Positions 30,055 through 42,008 are shown, counted from the first letter of the whole stretch. The stretch: DNA of 62,491 nt, filler included, from Aduncisulcus paluster (GCA_024181965.1; 8 parts of 8 records of this genome joined end to end with filler, not necessarily neighbours in it); one strand, 5' to 3'. Notes: generated from the sequence alone by a model not told the origin. Numbers and translations: made by a program.

Positions 30055-33014
30055 TTATAACGAGATAAATTCAAAGCTCCACTTGAAAAGCACAAAGCAG
30101 CATCATTGATGGCCTGAATAACATCATCTGAAGATTCAGCGTGTTTTGACATTTCTAATAGTTTTTCATATCTAATTATCCCACTTTTCGCTGCTGAAGT
30201 CACCGCTTCCTCATCAAAAGGAGTATGAACATCCACAACAAGATCATCAATATTCAATTTGGTTGAAGAAGAGGAAGGAATACCAATTGATGACGTTGAC
30301 AAGACAGACATATCTGAGCTTGTATCTCCAGGAATTACTGCATCCTTCAGAGCCCCCTTAAGCTCATGCCGTTTCAGGATCTTCTCTTCGATCGTTCCGG
30401 CAGTTACAATTCGATAAGCAGAGACATTGCGCTTCTGACCAATTCTAAATACTCGATCAATAGCCTGTTGCTCGTTTGAAGGGTTGAAGTCAAGGTCACA
30501 CAGTATCACAGTATCGGCACCCGTCAAGGTAAGACCCACTCCTCCTGTTTGCTGCGTCATTAGGAGAATAAATACCGATGGGTCTGAATTAAACTTGGTT
30601 ACATACTCATCTCGAAGACTCGACGAGCAAGAACCATCAATTCTGAGAATACTCATCTTTGGAATACACGAATAATGCTCCAACACATATTCAATTCTGG
30701 ATAAAAACGACAAAGAATGTGAAAATACGAGAACTTTGTGGGCAACGAATGGATGATACACTTTCTTTTTGTGAACAATGGTATCTTTGCACAGAGTTTC
30801 AATAAGTTTCAAGAAGGATTCGGAAGAATTGGATGATTTAACATCAGGAATAGCATCTTTTATGACGGGTTTTCGCCGCTTTCCATAAGAATAAGTCGAA
30901 AAATCAGATTTTTCATCAGTTTTATCATGACATATTCCAGAACTCAAAAGATGCTTATTTTTCAATAATATTTGCGAGAGAACTTCCACGTTTGACAAAA
31001 AACGTTGTGAAGGTTTACAGGGAGGTTTAGATCTAAATGAATCACATCCTGACGACACTGCACCCGAATCACTTTTTGTTGACATTGCATCGGTTTTCCA
31101 CACTCCATGTTCAACGTCCTCAGAGAATTCATCATCATCATTGGTTCCAAACTCCTGTTTTGATGGAGCTTTCATTGAACTTTCACAAGACACATCGGGT
31201 TCGTATAAATGCTCTAACATCCGCAGAATACAACATAATTTGCTGCTATGTATTAACTGAGCACTATTAGACAGACTTAGAATATACTTGACATCTCTGC
31301 ACATGGTATCTGCACGGTCAACATCTGTGCGAATATTCCTCACTACGAGAGGATTGCACAGCTCAATAGGTTCAACATCAACATAGTCAAGCCCTCCAAA
31401 CAGATTGTACAAGACTCCGACATTGTCCACAGTGTTTTCAACAGAGGAGAGTTTCTTTCTCTTTGACTTTGACTGGGAAACGAGATCAATCCGAGGCAGT
31501 TCATACATGTCATGTTCAACGCGCATCATTGCATCTGCAAGAACCCTGTGATCAGAAGGAGCCAACATACAAGGATGGATACAGGTCTTTTGGAGAGCGG
31601 TGAGAGCTGAAAGAGGATTGACATCAGCTCCAATAATCTGATGATCATGTCTAGAAGTCTGAACATCAAATCCATCATCATCGATCAGTTGGATTGAATT
31701 GCTATCTCCTGAACTGACACGCCGATCAGCCAAACTATCATAAATAAACCTCTGGACGGGGCACAGTGGGATAGTGACAACGTATTCTCTCTTAAATATT
31801 GTTTTATGTGTACGATTTCCAAACATATCCACATCAGGAATTCTCAAACTCTGAGAGCTCGAGGATAAGGATAATTCGGATAGAATATCTTGGAAAGACA
31901 CAGGAGAGGACACCGAGGATGCGAAAGAGGAAGTAGGTGAGGAAATAGAAGAAAGAGGCTGGGTGGTTGATAAGTGAGTCTGGAATTTAGATGGCTGTTC
32001 TTGTGATGATTTCGAACGAATATCAGAAATGGATAGTGTTTCTTTCTTTGAGATTTGCGATGAAAAGGCAGGCATATTGGTCTTGCTGAAAGAAGAAGGA
32101 AAAGAAGAAGCGGGAAGAGAGGGAGAGAATGTCTTTGATTGGGTCAGTTTTGAAGGAGCAGAAATGTCACCAAGAACACTTTTTTCTCGACGAATAAACA
32201 CACCATCGAGAATAGAATCTAGACGTTTTCGGGCATCATTTCCTGCATCAAGTTGAGATTTGCTGGCACCTTGAAGAAGACTATTGGCAATGGGTCGATG
32301 CACAGAACTAGTAAAGTCGGCAAGAGTTCCACATCGACCAGGAACTGTTAATCTAAGGAGAGCCCATAGCTCAGTGAGAGTATTTTGAACTGGAGTTCCG
32401 GTAACAGCGATCGTAAATCGTGAACTCATTCGAGATAAAGTTTTGAACCGTTTAGTCTTGCTATTTTTAATTGCTTGAGCCTCATCAAGGACAAGAACGT
32501 CAGGTTTTGATCCCATATTAAAATTATATTCATGGACAGTGTCATAGGTGCATAGTAAGACCCCACTCTTCTTTCGCCAAGAAAGAGACATGGATTTATA
32601 GGTGCCTGAAGAATGTTCTCGATGTAAAATAGTGCATGGAAGGGAAGGTGCCCACTGTTTTATCTCTCGCTTCCACACCATAAGTAAAGATTTTGGACAT
32701 ACAACGACAAAGTGAGTTCCTTCAACTTCTCTCATTATCAAATGAAGAAATGTTATGCACTGCGCCGTTTTTCCACATCCCATATCATCTGCAAGGATAC
32801 ATCCATGACAATCGCCAGGAGTTTTCGATTTCCACAGATTCCAGAGCCACCCAACACCTTCCCGCTGATGAGGATGTAATCGATTATATCTAGGTCTATC
32901 ATGAACAGGAAATATGTCTCCAAAGGAAGAATGGTCATGAATATGTGAAGATTTGTCAGATAATTCACTATAAGAATAATCACCAGAATAGGGATCGTAA
33001 TCGGACTCACTCAT
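30045..33014 (-). CDS. ERCC6L: SNF2-family ATPase, ERCC6L/PICH (ERCC6-like) subfamily
   Basis: HQREGVGWL; GCILADDMGCGKT; LDEAQ; TGTPVQN.L.ELW; RIDG; GGVGLTLTGAD; QAIDRVFRIGQKRNV; GTIEEKI. Confidence 0.75.
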   Translation of the reverse strand: MSESDYDPYSGDYSYSELSDKSSHIHDHSSFGDIFPVHDRPRYNRLHPHQREGVGWLWNLWKSKTPGDCHGCILADDMGCGKTAQCITFLHLIMREVEGTHFVVVCPKSLLMVWKREIKQWAPSLPCTILHREHSSGTYKSMSLSWRKKSGVLLCTYDTVHEYNFNMGSKPDVLVLDEAQAIKNSKTKRFKTLSRMSSRFTIAVTGTPVQNTLTELWALLRLTVPGRCGTLADFTSSVHRPIANSLLQGASKSQLDAGNDARKRLDSILDGVFIRREKSVLGDISAPSKLTQSKTFSPSLPASSFPSSFSKTNMPAFSSQISKKETLSISDIRSKSSQEQPSKFQTHLSTTQPLSSISSPTSSFASSVSSPVSFQDILSELSLSSSSQSLRIPDVDMFGNRTHKTIFKREYVVTIPLCPVQRFIYDSLADRRVSSGDSNSIQLIDDDGFDVQTSRHDHQIIGADVNPLSALTALQKTCIHPCMLAPSDHRVLADAMMRVEHDMYELPRIDLVSQSKSKRKKLSSVENTVDNVGVLYNLFGGLDYVDVEPIELCNPLVVRNIRTDVDRADTMCRDVKYILSLSNSAQLIHSSKLCCILRMLEHLYEPDVSCESSMKAPSKQEFGTNDDDEFSEDVEHGVWKTDAMSTKSDSGAVSSGCDSFRSKPPCKPSQRFLSNVEVLSQILLKNKHLLSSGICHDKTDEKSDFSTYSYGKRRKPVIKDAIPDVKSSNSSESFLKLIETLCKDTIVHKKKVYHPFVAHKVLVFSHSLSFLSRIEYVLEHYSCIPKMSILRIDGSCSSSLRDEYVTKFNSDPSVFILLMTQQTGGVGLTLTGADTVILCDLDFNPSNEQQAIDRVFRIGQKRNVSAYRIVTAGTIEEKILKRHELKGALKDAVIPGDTSSDMSVLSTSSIGIPSSSSTKLNIDDLVVDVHTPFDEEAVTSAAKSGIIRYEKLLEMSKHAESSDDVIQAINDAALCFSSGALNLSRYNCY

Positions 33015-33187
33015 TTGCAAGAAGTTTCAAAAATCAAACAAAAATAGATTTATAATATACTACTTACAAAAGGAAAATTCTAATTCGATGGAATGAAGCA
33101 ACAGAAGTGATTATCGAATTTTTCAAAAAAAAAAAAAATTGAATAGATGCCTTCTGGTCTCATTCCTAATTTTTCAACTCCAATGAT

Positions 33188-34519
33188 ATGGATCTAACGA
33201 TGGAATCATATCATGAAGACAATGTTAATGCCGTGATAACTAGGTTTAATGAAGTGTTTCCAATGTTTTGTCTTTCACAGGCAGATTTATTTCCAAAAGA
33301 TGATTCCTCCATGAAAATTCCACACAAGTCGCAGGATGGCATTCAATCTTTTGATCATACAACTTCTGTCCCTCCAATTCAACCTTCAACTGCACATCCT
33401 GCCTCTGGACATTCTCGTGGTGATAAAATCAGACACAGAGGTCGTAAAAAGAAGTCTAGCAAGAGTATTCAACAGATTGACGATTCTATTGTTGATGATA
33501 CGTTGAAGATTCCGAGCTTAAAAGGAAAAGATGCTCCCCCTACTGATGATCGATTTGAAGGGAAAGAAGCTCTTCAATCAACTGAAACCACAACCATTGT
33601 CGAAGCTGTTGATATTGAATATGAGGCAGAAGATGTAATGTATTATTTATCTGATCTGAAAGATGAAGAAGGAGAATCATTGGACAACGCTCAGCCGAAG
33701 AGAAAAAAGCCAAAGGGGGAGGAAGAAGAGGGTTTAATTTGTGGCGAGACTGAATATTATCGGAGAGAAGAAGAACAATCAGATACTGATGATGGATATG
33801 ATGAAGGATCGATCCATTCGGATATTTTAACAGCTAATAATGAATCCAAAGACAATCCTCTGCAAATTCAGGATGATATAATCCAATCTAACCCTCAAAT
33901 AATTACTTCTAAAGATTCTGAAGATGTTTCAACAAATTCGACTATCATGAGTGTCTCGTCCAAGGATATAGAAAAACATCCCGATGATATTTCAATTAAA
34001 AACAAAGAAAAAGATCAATTGGAAAATGAAATAGTCGGTAAAGACGCTGGACCAGTTAAAGACATGATTGGTGAAGATGAGAGTGGTTCTCATATTGAAC
34101 TAAGAATATCAGCTGAATCTCCGAAAGAAAAGAAAGATCTTGGCACAAAGAATGCAGTGAAACCGAAGGAACGATCCTCTCAATTCAGAAAGAACGGGAA
34201 AAAGAAAATTTTACCACATCCCTTGTCATCTTCCTCTCCTAACCAGAAACACAGCATATCATCAACAAAAGACTCCCCAATAGCGTCCATTGGAATGTCC
34301 TTGAGAAGACGTCATAATCTTGATGCTCTTGGTGTTGATATAGACTCTCTTCAAAGAGCTGCCCAGACATTTCTCAATATAAAAGACAAGAAGAAAGGAC
34401 CATCCAAGAATGGGAAGAAAGGGATGGGAAAAAAGAAAAAGGAGACAAAAGGAGCAAAGAAAAAGAAAGGAAAGCGGAAAGGGAAGCAAGGGAATCATCA
34501 AGGAAGTTCAAAAAAATGA
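33188..34519 (+). CDS. Hypothetical acidic / Lys-rich disordered protein, probably nuclear
   Basis: 443-aa ORF; D/E-rich middle; NLS-like KRKKPK and poly-Lys C-terminus. Confidence 0.75.
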   Translation: MDLTMESYHEDNVNAVITRFNEVFPMFCLSQADLFPKDDSSMKIPHKSQDGIQSFDHTTSVPPIQPSTAHPASGHSRGDKIRHRGRKKKSSKSIQQIDDSIVDDTLKIPSLKGKDAPPTDDRFEGKEALQSTETTTIVEAVDIEYEAEDVMYYLSDLKDEEGESLDNAQPKRKKPKGEEEEGLICGETEYYRREEEQSDTDDGYDEGSIHSDILTANNESKDNPLQIQDDIIQSNPQIITSKDSEDVSTNSTIMSVSSKDIEKHPDDISIKNKEKDQLENEIVGKDAGPVKDMIGEDESGSHIELRISAESPKEKKDLGTKNAVKPKERSSQFRKNGKKKILPHPLSSSSPNQKHSISSTKDSPIASIGMSLRRRHNLDALGVDIDSLQRAAQTFLNIKDKKKGPSKNGKKGMGKKKKETKGAKKKKGKRKGKQGNHQGSSKK

Positions 34520-34741
34520 TAATACTTTTCTGTTTACTTTCAACGAATGGTTGAGGAAAAAGAAGAATAAATGTGACAGAAAGAACGATAATATCTCTTT
34601 CTGACAGGGATAAAAGATTATTTAATAATATAGATTTATAAGAATGTGAATTTACAAACAATTTTCTGGAAAGGTTTGAAATATATATCATTTCCAATAA
34701 AACGAAATATAGCATGGATTTGCTGACTATTCTCTTCGATT

Positions 34742-35806
34742 CTAGCGAGTGGCTGTGGTACTATACCCCACACTTGTATGAGTATTTTCATGGGAGGGAG
34801 AAGAATGATGAGAAGAGGAGGAGGAGTGAGAAGAGGATGAATGCTTGGTCGGTTTTGAAGAAGAACTAAACCATGATTTCTTTGGCTTGGGGGCTTCTTT
34901 AACTATGACAACAGTTGGTTTAGGTTGAGGGCGAAACCAAGAGAACCAGTTCCAGCCACGGTGACTATCCCGAACTTCTCTTCTGAATTCCTTGCGATCT
35001 CTCTCTCTTTCCTTCATTTCTCTGCGTCTTTCAGCCCTATCCCTTTCTCTCTCTCTAACTTCCCTTTCAGCCTCTCTCCGCTGGCGTTCAGACTCCATAA
35101 TGTCGGGAGTACTCCTGGGGTTGGGATATTGTCCATGAATGTGTTCTTCAGGAGGGATGTAGGGAGCTGAGGGGTCAACGGAAGGGTCTTGAGGATGGAT
35201 TGACACTGGGGCAGGACCAGGACGAGGATATGGCCGTTGAGCTCTTCTCTTGACAGCACGGCAACATTTAATCAATAAATAAATTGCCAAAATGGTGACA
35301 CCTAAACCAAGAAAAAACTCGAAAATGCTAGGATCGCCATATTCTTCTTCTTCATAGTCATAATCAGAATCATAATGAGTTGAATTATTCCAATTTAACT
35401 CGATTTCAACGTTACATGAGCCTGGAACAACATAATCATCACCGGGACCATTCCATCCTTCACACACAACTTGGTACTGACCAATATCAAGAGAATTGGG
35501 GAGGGTTGTCTTACATTCCCAATTCACTGTCCGACCATCATACCCAATGTTTTTACACATGATTGTTTTAACATGATGAGATTCATTTCTGGCAGAACCG
35601 CCAGAAACAACAACTTGTGGGTAATATTGTCCTTTGCGGGATGTAGTAAACTCTCCTTGGTGTAAAACAAGAGATTTAATTTCCGAGATGTGAACTGGAT
35701 TCAGGGAATCTGGTATAACACCATGATGTCCAAAAACAACCTCAATGAAGAAGACAATAAGAATTATACAGGTAGAAAATTTTAAAACTGAAGAACGAAA
35801 CAACAT
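34742..35806 (-). CDS. SARAF: Store-operated calcium entry-associated regulatory factor (SARAF/TMEM66)
   Basis: Signal peptide; FTTSRK...PQ...GGSA...IMCKNIGYDG..VNWECKT...VCEGW...YVVPGSC; one TM helix; C-terminal THTSVGYSTTATR resembling SARAF TRTASGYGGTRRR. Confidence 0.9.
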   Translation of the reverse strand: MLFRSSVLKFSTCIILIVFFIEVVFGHHGVIPDSLNPVHISEIKSLVLHQGEFTTSRKGQYYPQVVVSGGSARNESHHVKTIMCKNIGYDGRTVNWECKTTLPNSLDIGQYQVVCEGWNGPGDDYVVPGSCNVEIELNWNNSTHYDSDYDYEEEEYGDPSIFEFFLGLGVTILAIYLLIKCCRAVKRRAQRPYPRPGPAPVSIHPQDPSVDPSAPYIPPEEHIHGQYPNPRSTPDIMESERQRREAEREVRERERDRAERRREMKERERDRKEFRREVRDSHRGWNWFSWFRPQPKPTVVIVKEAPKPKKSWFSSSSKPTKHSSSSHSSSSSHHSSPSHENTHTSVGYSTTATR

Positions 35807-36355
35807 TTATGATATTCTCGATCAAAATTGGGAGTTCAAACAAAATGTTCACAAGGTGTATTGAAGAAATGATCATGTCGTCAGACGGAGTGGTTTTGAT
35901 TTCGGGATCAGAGATTTAAGACACAAAAAAAACAATACTATTATAGAGTAATGACTCAGACAGTCCAAAAAAATTCATTATTGTTTATGTTAAGTCTTTT
36001 CTGAGCCGAATAATATGATATTATTAATATCAATCGGAATTCTGAGGTTGTATTTCAATGCTAAATTTCTTTTTACCATTATGAAATAGTATAAACTAAG
36101 AACCTTTTATATTTTATGTGTTATGAGTTTTTTTATATGACTTTTCGATAACTTTGGCAATTCAATTCAATTGAATCGGGAAAGTTTCCCTTGATGCCAA
36201 TTTGTCGCTGTTCTTTTCTCCTTCAGTATTCTACGATAGGTGCAAACAACGATAGTTTCTTGGACTCGAATGATGGAGTATATTGTCAAAAGGAAGTCTT
36301 TGTTTATTTCTTTTCGCACAAAGCAGAGTTTGCCGTCATATAAATAAAGATACAT

Positions 36356-36382
36356 ATTGTGATTGTGATTGTGATTGTGATT
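36356..36382. repeat. (GATTGT)n hexanucleotide microsatellite
   Basis: attgtgattgtgattgtgattgtgatt visible. Confidence 0.85.
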
Positions 36383-36535
36383 AATTTATGATTAATTAGT
36401 TCCATGTATAGTTTACTTCATGAATGTATGTTTTAATAACGACAATAATAATAATACAAAATAGAGAACAATTCCAAACAACGCTCCAAAGTTCAATAAT
36501 AATGTCTCATCGTGAAGGAGAGTATGCAACTTGTT

Positions 36536-36574
36536 CAACCATCAACCATCAACAATCAACCATCAACAATCAAC
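36536..36574. repeat. (CAACMAT)n heptanucleotide tandem repeat
   Basis: caaccat caaccat caacaat caaccat caacaat caac. Confidence 0.85.
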
Positions 36575-36670
36575 TTCAAGCTTGAAATGAACTCTTCTCT
36601 CAATTGTTCCATTAACTTGATGGCATTAAGAATAAAAATAAAATCTTACATCAGAATCTTTCCACATCAC

Positions 36671-37139
36671 TCACTGACTCTGATCCCAACCTTCCTCATG
36701 CTCAACACCAGCAACACCACATCTCATTCCTTCAATGGTTCCAACAGAGCCACCATACTTCTTGCGTTGCTCACGGATAATGGCTTCAATGCTTGGACAC
36801 TCATAGTCTTCGCCAATCGTGGGAAGGAAAGGTTTGATGCATTGGACTTTCACACGAGCTTCATGCACACTCATGCGTTTGTCAACATCAAGCAGAGTGA
36901 GACCTGTGAATACTTCATTCAACACTTTATGAACAGGTTCGTACTTGCCATCCTCAATGGTCAAAAGGGTTTTGAAAAGGGGAGAACTGGAGAGTTTAGG
37001 GGACATTCCATTGGATAACAGGAAACAGAGTTTCTTAACAAACTCCATTGTATCATCAATTCCTCTCAGAGTTGGATGACCAACGAAAGGTGGCAAGCAC
37101 ATGAATAGAGAGAGAATGGACATTCCCAAGGAGTGGGCA
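36671..37139 (-). CDS. C-terminal lobe of a Ser/Thr protein kinase; 5'-truncated
   Basis: Frame begins AHSLGMSILSLFMCLPPF (subdomain IX/alpha-F plus PF) and contains LTLLDVDKRMSVHEA (subdomain XI Arg). Confidence 0.65.
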
Positions 37140-37239
37140 NNNNNNNNNNNNNNNNNNNNNNNNNNNNNNNNNNNNNNNNNNNNTTAATTAATTAANNNNN
37201 NNNNNNNNNNNNNNNNNNNNNNNNNNNNNNNNNNNNNNN
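37140..37239. other. Artificial contig-joining spacer
   Basis: N44-TTAATTAATTAA-N44. Confidence 0.97.
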
Positions 37240-38892
37240 CCTCTGCCGATCACTCATTTCTTTCTCCTTTTGTTCTGGAGACTTCCCTATCTCTATAATA
37301 ATCTCCCCTAACATCTTTTCACGATCACACGCCTCGTGAACATCGTGGGCCCGTTTATAAGGGGAATACCCTTCACTGAGGACTTTTGAGGAATACCTTT
37401 GGAACTGTTTGGAAGAAAGAGAGATGCCACAGACTTTCTTCTTAGGCAAGGGGAATGGTCCATGGTGTTGCTTGGCTTTCGATTGTGTGAGAATACTAGG
37501 GATATATCCTGTTCTAGAGCTATTGTTATTCCCATTACTGTTACTGCTATTATTGTTGGATGATACAACAGTCGATGATTGACGTGGGCTGGATGTCGAT
37601 TGAGATCCTGCCTTCCTGTGTAAGTGTGGCGATGATTCATATGCAGTCGGAACAGAGAGATCGGAAGCAGAGAGAGAGGCGGAAGGAGAGAGGGTCCTGA
37701 CCGACGAGTATGTTGAATGAATACTCCGACTTGACTGAGAGAAATATTTTGACGGTGGATGGATGGGTATTGGAGAGGACTCAAAGCTTGAACCTCCCTT
37801 GTCGGCCAATGAATGATCCAGATCGTTAGCATATCCATCATGGCGAAGAGAACTGGGGGAACCACCAGCAATGGATGGTCTGGTCATGATAATATGGGGA
37901 TTGGGTTTAGAAATAGGCAATGGGGGCGATGGAAGAGGATGGGCAGGCCGTGTTGCCGTGAAGGGTTGAAATATAGATTGATTTGTAGGGGAATCAGAAG
38001 ATCCTATCCTTTCACCTTCCCTATGAGAAGGATGAATTGAAGAATCAACAATCCCATAATGTTTAGTATCATAATTATTAATATTACTATTTATAGAATG
38101 AGAATATTGAGGTGGAGCAGAAGGACTCTGATCATGCACTGATTGAGCTAAAAGTCGTTGTTGCTCACGAAGTTCCTTTTCTTTAAGGAGCAAGGCTTCC
38201 CTTTCCTTTATAATTTGAAGTTCCCTCTTCCTTTTTTCTTCCTTAATAGATTCGATTGCTTCGAGAGCTCGAAGGGAAGCCTTGGACGTTGAAACATGAG
38301 AATGAGAAGAAATTGGTGCTGGTGGCATCTTAAACAACTTTAGACCAGAGGTGACCACCGATGCAGAAGCTCTTTGAGGAGGAGTTGGTTTGGACGGTTG
38401 TGTGGAAGGAACTATAGGAGATCTAATATTCTTTTTGGATGAAGGAACTCGGCTCTCTTTTTGATGCGACGACGGTTTGGATAATAAATTTGAGAAGGAA
38501 AATACAGGTGGAGGCGGGAGAGATGGAAAAGCAAAACCTCCAGAGGAAAGGATAGAATAATCTGATTTAAGATATGAAGAATGAGTTTTATCTAAATTTG
38601 GACTATTTTTTGATGGAGAAATTGACAAATGTTCTTTTTTAGGGCTAGCCCTAGCAACTTTGAATGTATACATGCTATCTGAATCATCAATTAAAAAACT
38701 TTGTTCAGAACTTTTTTCTTGTGCTATTATTGGTGGGTTTTCACTTTGTTTTGGATTTGATTTTGAGATTGAATGTGTATGTGTGGGATTTTTTCTTTTA
38801 TCTCTTTCAGACAAGAATTTCAGTGTCCAAGCATCAATTGTTCCTTCTTCATAGCTTTTATAATCAATTTTATCGTGAATCTTATGATCCAT
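37240..38892 (-). CDS. Ser/Pro-rich hypothetical protein with a short coiled coil; 3'-truncated
   Basis: More than 550 open codons from ATG 38892 to the contig edge. Confidence 0.75.
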
Positions 38893-38951
38893 TATCTGAT
38901 TTTACCAAGAAATTTGAATTTCCAAACAATTAGAAAAAAACTATTTTATAT

Positions 38952-39653
38952 TTATTCTTCTTTTTTTGGAGTAGTTCTGATCCATTCAAAAATAACAGTA
39001 GGATCCAACATTCTGAATTTACAATTGTTGATTATCAATATAACCAAGACAATAGTGATGAATCCACCAATGATAACAAACAAGATCTGTCCAATGGTTT
39101 CAAAGAGACTTCTGATAAGAGAAGGTTTATAGGTATCAAGAGATGGAACAATTGGAGCAACTTCCACACCTTTAGTTTCAATACTTACAGTTTCCTCATC
39201 AGATGGAGTTATTATTTCAGACTTAACTCCAGCAATCCTAGCATTTGTATTCCATGTGACAATGAGACGAGCTTCAGCTGCATCATAGAGATCAAGAGCA
39301 GAAGCAATAGCAATATTCACTTTAGCCTCAAATTCTTCGGGGACTTCCACAACTAAAGTTTCTTTTCGTGTATTTTCATTTAATACCTTTTCAAATTTTG
39401 TATTTTCATGCAAAGCCATGGGAGCTAACAGTGGAGAGAAGGTCGGATGATCAATGTCTGTCGTCAAATGGGAATTCTCATACATAATGGTGAATATTAA
39501 TTTATCTGGTGTTTTATCAAGGGAATATTTTTCTAATAATGGAAGAATATCATCAGTACTATCAGACACCATGTCTTTCAGAGTTTTAACAGAAAAAACC
39601 TGATAAACAAGCGATATTAGAATAAAAGTTAATAATATTTTAGTAATCCTCAT
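38952..39653 (-). CDS. Type I membrane protein of unknown function
   Basis: Signal peptide MRITKILLTFILISLVYQVFS; C-terminal TM ILFVIIGGFITIVLVILII; tail ends KKEE (KKXX ER-retrieval-like). Confidence 0.75.
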   Translation of the reverse strand: MRITKILLTFILISLVYQVFSVKTLKDMVSDSTDDILPLLEKYSLDKTPDKLIFTIMYENSHLTTDIDHPTFSPLLAPMALHENTKFEKVLNENTRKETLVVEVPEEFEAKVNIAIASALDLYDAAEARLIVTWNTNARIAGVKSEIITPSDEETVSIETKGVEVAPIVPSLDTYKPSLIRSLFETIGQILFVIIGGFITIVLVILIINNCKFRMLDPTVIFEWIRTTPKKEE

Positions 39654-39926
39654 TTATATATTTTCTTTTATCCTCAAACAGTTCGAATCCGAAAAAAAAG
39701 GTCGTTAAATTTTCAAATCTCCAATGAACCCCCTGCTTCTCGTTTCCGATAGTCTGGAACATATTTCTCTTTTCTTTAAATTTAACAAAAGATATTTATC
39801 CTTATTTATAGATTCTCATCTAATATGGCCAAAAAGAATAAGATATGGAATTTCCATTGCAGGGTGACTTTATTATGTGATGGCAAAACTCTGCTCTCTG
39901 GTGGATGTTCAAAAAAATTACGAATT

Positions 39927-40637
39927 TCATATTCCAGCTTCTTCAGCAGCCTTTTCTTCCCTTCTTTTATGAGTTCCATAATTGAAGAGACGAGAAATGT
40001 TAACTTCTGTGGTTGTACGTTGAGCCTTCAAAAACTCCAAAGTCTCATCTAATTTATCAATGGATCCTTGAGCCTTAGCAATGTGTTTCTTCATCATGAC
40101 GATTCCTTCATCAATATCAAAATCAACAAGAGTTCCAGCTCCAAGCATAATAACAGCAGAATCAAGGTGAGTGGCAATTCCTTCAGCATAAACTCCGTCA
40201 TTTAACTCAAACATTGTCTTCAATTCCTTTCCACTTTCTTTGGTACGTTTCATATATAAAAGAGCTTTCAAATCATCTTCCAAAATTGGAATACGCAATG
40301 TAAGGGCATTACGTTGCTTTTTAAGCTCCTCTTCATGCTCTGTATACTTTGAATATAAATCTTGGAGGGTTTTGGAAGCTTCCTCTTCACCCGAAAACTG
40401 TTTGACCCATCTCTCAACATTTTCCTGGATAATAATAAAGATTAATTGAATGCAATCAGTTAAAATATGTTAAATTTAGAACAATTGGCAAATGAATATA
40501 TAAAATAAGATCATATTAATGAGATAACGAACACATAAATTATCATGGTGGGGAAACAAAAGGTAGAATGAGATATCAGAATAAAAACATACAATAAATA
40601 CGGCTTTTGGAATTCCTCCTTTGGTTCTTTCTTCCAT
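39927..40637 (-). CDS. PFDN3: Prefoldin subunit 3; exons 40637-40593 and 40424-39927
   Basis: Spliced product MEERTKGGIPKAVFI|ENVERWV...YSKY...FELNDGVYAEG...MLGAGTL...LEFLKAQRTTTEVNISRLFNY matches VBP1/Pac10. Confidence 0.92.
40425..40592 (-). other. Spliceosomal intron (168 nt, phase 0)
   Basis: GTATGTTTTT...TTATTATCCAG; removal joins GIPKAVFI to ENVE as in the prefoldin 3 consensus GIP.A.F.E.V. Confidence 0.92.
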
Positions 40638-40838
40638 TATTATTCAATCAGCTTCAAAAACAAATAGAATCAATCTCAAACTATTCGTTTTGCTGCTGAT
40701 GCATTTTTGTGGGTGAAATATAATTATAGTTGATATATCATCTGCGAAAGAATATGAATAGGTTTATCCTCGCATTATTTCAATTAGAAACCCCGACAAT
40801 CTGTTATTACGCATTTTGAGACAAATATAAATTTACTG

Positions 40839-42008
40839 ATGCCTGAATTTTTATGTTTAGGTCTTGAAGGATCTGCTAATAAGCTTGGTATTGGAATAGT
40901 TTCTCGTACCAGAGGTGTCTTGGCTAATGTTAGGAAAACATACAATCCTCCTGCAGGACATGGTTTTTTACCAATGGAAGTTGCTAAACATCACAGAGAA
41001 CACATTAAAGATCTTATCAAAAAAGCTTTTGAACAATCTGGTATCAAACATGAAGACATTTCCATTATTGCCTATACCAAAGGGCCAGGAATGGGTGGAC
41101 CCTTGAGCAGTGTGGCTATCGTTGCTAGACTTCTTTCATTACTCTGGAAAATCCCAATAATTGGTGTGAATCATTGTATTGCCCACATTGAAATGGGTCG
41201 TTCAATTACAGCCGCCAAAAATCCGGTTATATTATATGCTAGTGGTGGAAATACTCAGGTTATTGCATTCAGTCGTGGAAAATATCGTATATTTGGAGAA
41301 ACAATTGATATTGCCGTTGGAAATTGTCTTGATCGGCTTGCACGAGCTTTAAAGATACCCAATGATCCAAGTCCTGGTTTTAACATTGAACAACAAGCAT
41401 TAAAAGCGTCCGGGGAGAAATTAGTCCCCCTTCCATATGCTGTTAAAGGTATGGATATCAGCTTAAGTGGAACCATCACATTTCTCGAAGATAAGGTCGG
41501 TGTAACAAAAAATTATTCGGAAGATAAACTAAAAAAGAATCCCCGATTGGTTGAAATGTTAAAGAAAAAGGCCCATGACTCTGAAGAGTTTTTGAAGGAA
41601 TGGTCTATTCCGGATATCTGTTTCTCAGTCCAAGAAACCCTATTTGCTGCCCTCGTTGAGGTGAGTGAGAGAGCAATGGCTCAAGTCAAGGCTGATTCCA
41701 TCCTTGTTGTTGGTGGAGTTGGTTGTAACGTTCGTCTTCAAGAAATGCTCGGCATTATGGCTTCTGAACGGGGTGCATATCTTTGTGCCATGGATGAACG
41801 TTATTGCATCGATAATGGAGCCATGATAGCACACACCGGTATCATTATGCATGATAGTGGCTTTCCATCTGAGGAAATTTCTTCTACTTGGGTCACTCAA
41901 AGATTCAGAACCGATGAGGTTGATATTGAATGGAGGAAAAGAGAAAAAGACACAGAATACAAGGGGAAGGATGAAGAAGAGGAAGAAGATAGAGAAAAAG
42001 AGGAATAA
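40839..42008 (+). CDS. KAE1: tRNA N6-threonylcarbamoyltransferase Kae1/OSGEP
   Basis: [72 protein letters not shown]. Confidence 0.96.
   Translation: MPEFLCLGLEGSANKLGIGIVSRTRGVLANVRKTYNPPAGHGFLPMEVAKHHREHIKDLIKKAFEQSGIKHEDISIIAYTKGPGMGGPLSSVAIVARLLSLLWKIPIIGVNHCIAHIEMGRSITAAKNPVILYASGGNTQVIAFSRGKYRIFGETIDIAVGNCLDRLARALKIPNDPSPGFNIEQQALKASGEKLVPLPYAVKGMDISLSGTITFLEDKVGVTKNYSEDKLKKNPRLVEMLKKKAHDSEEFLKEWSIPDICFSVQETLFAALVEVSERAMAQVKADSILVVGGVGCNVRLQEMLGIMASERGAYLCAMDERYCIDNGAMIAHTGIIMHDSGFPSEEISSTWVTQRFRTDEVDIEWRKREKDTEYKGKDEEEEEDREKEE

Noticed and set aside
30045..30060. Programmed -1 frameshift fusing the SNF2 gene to the downstream ORF
   Set aside because: No X-XXY-YYZ slippery site in the 10-nt overlap.
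39681..39690. GTTCGAATCC B-box suggesting a tRNA
   Set aside because: No T-stem pairing, acceptor stem or A-box in the flanks.
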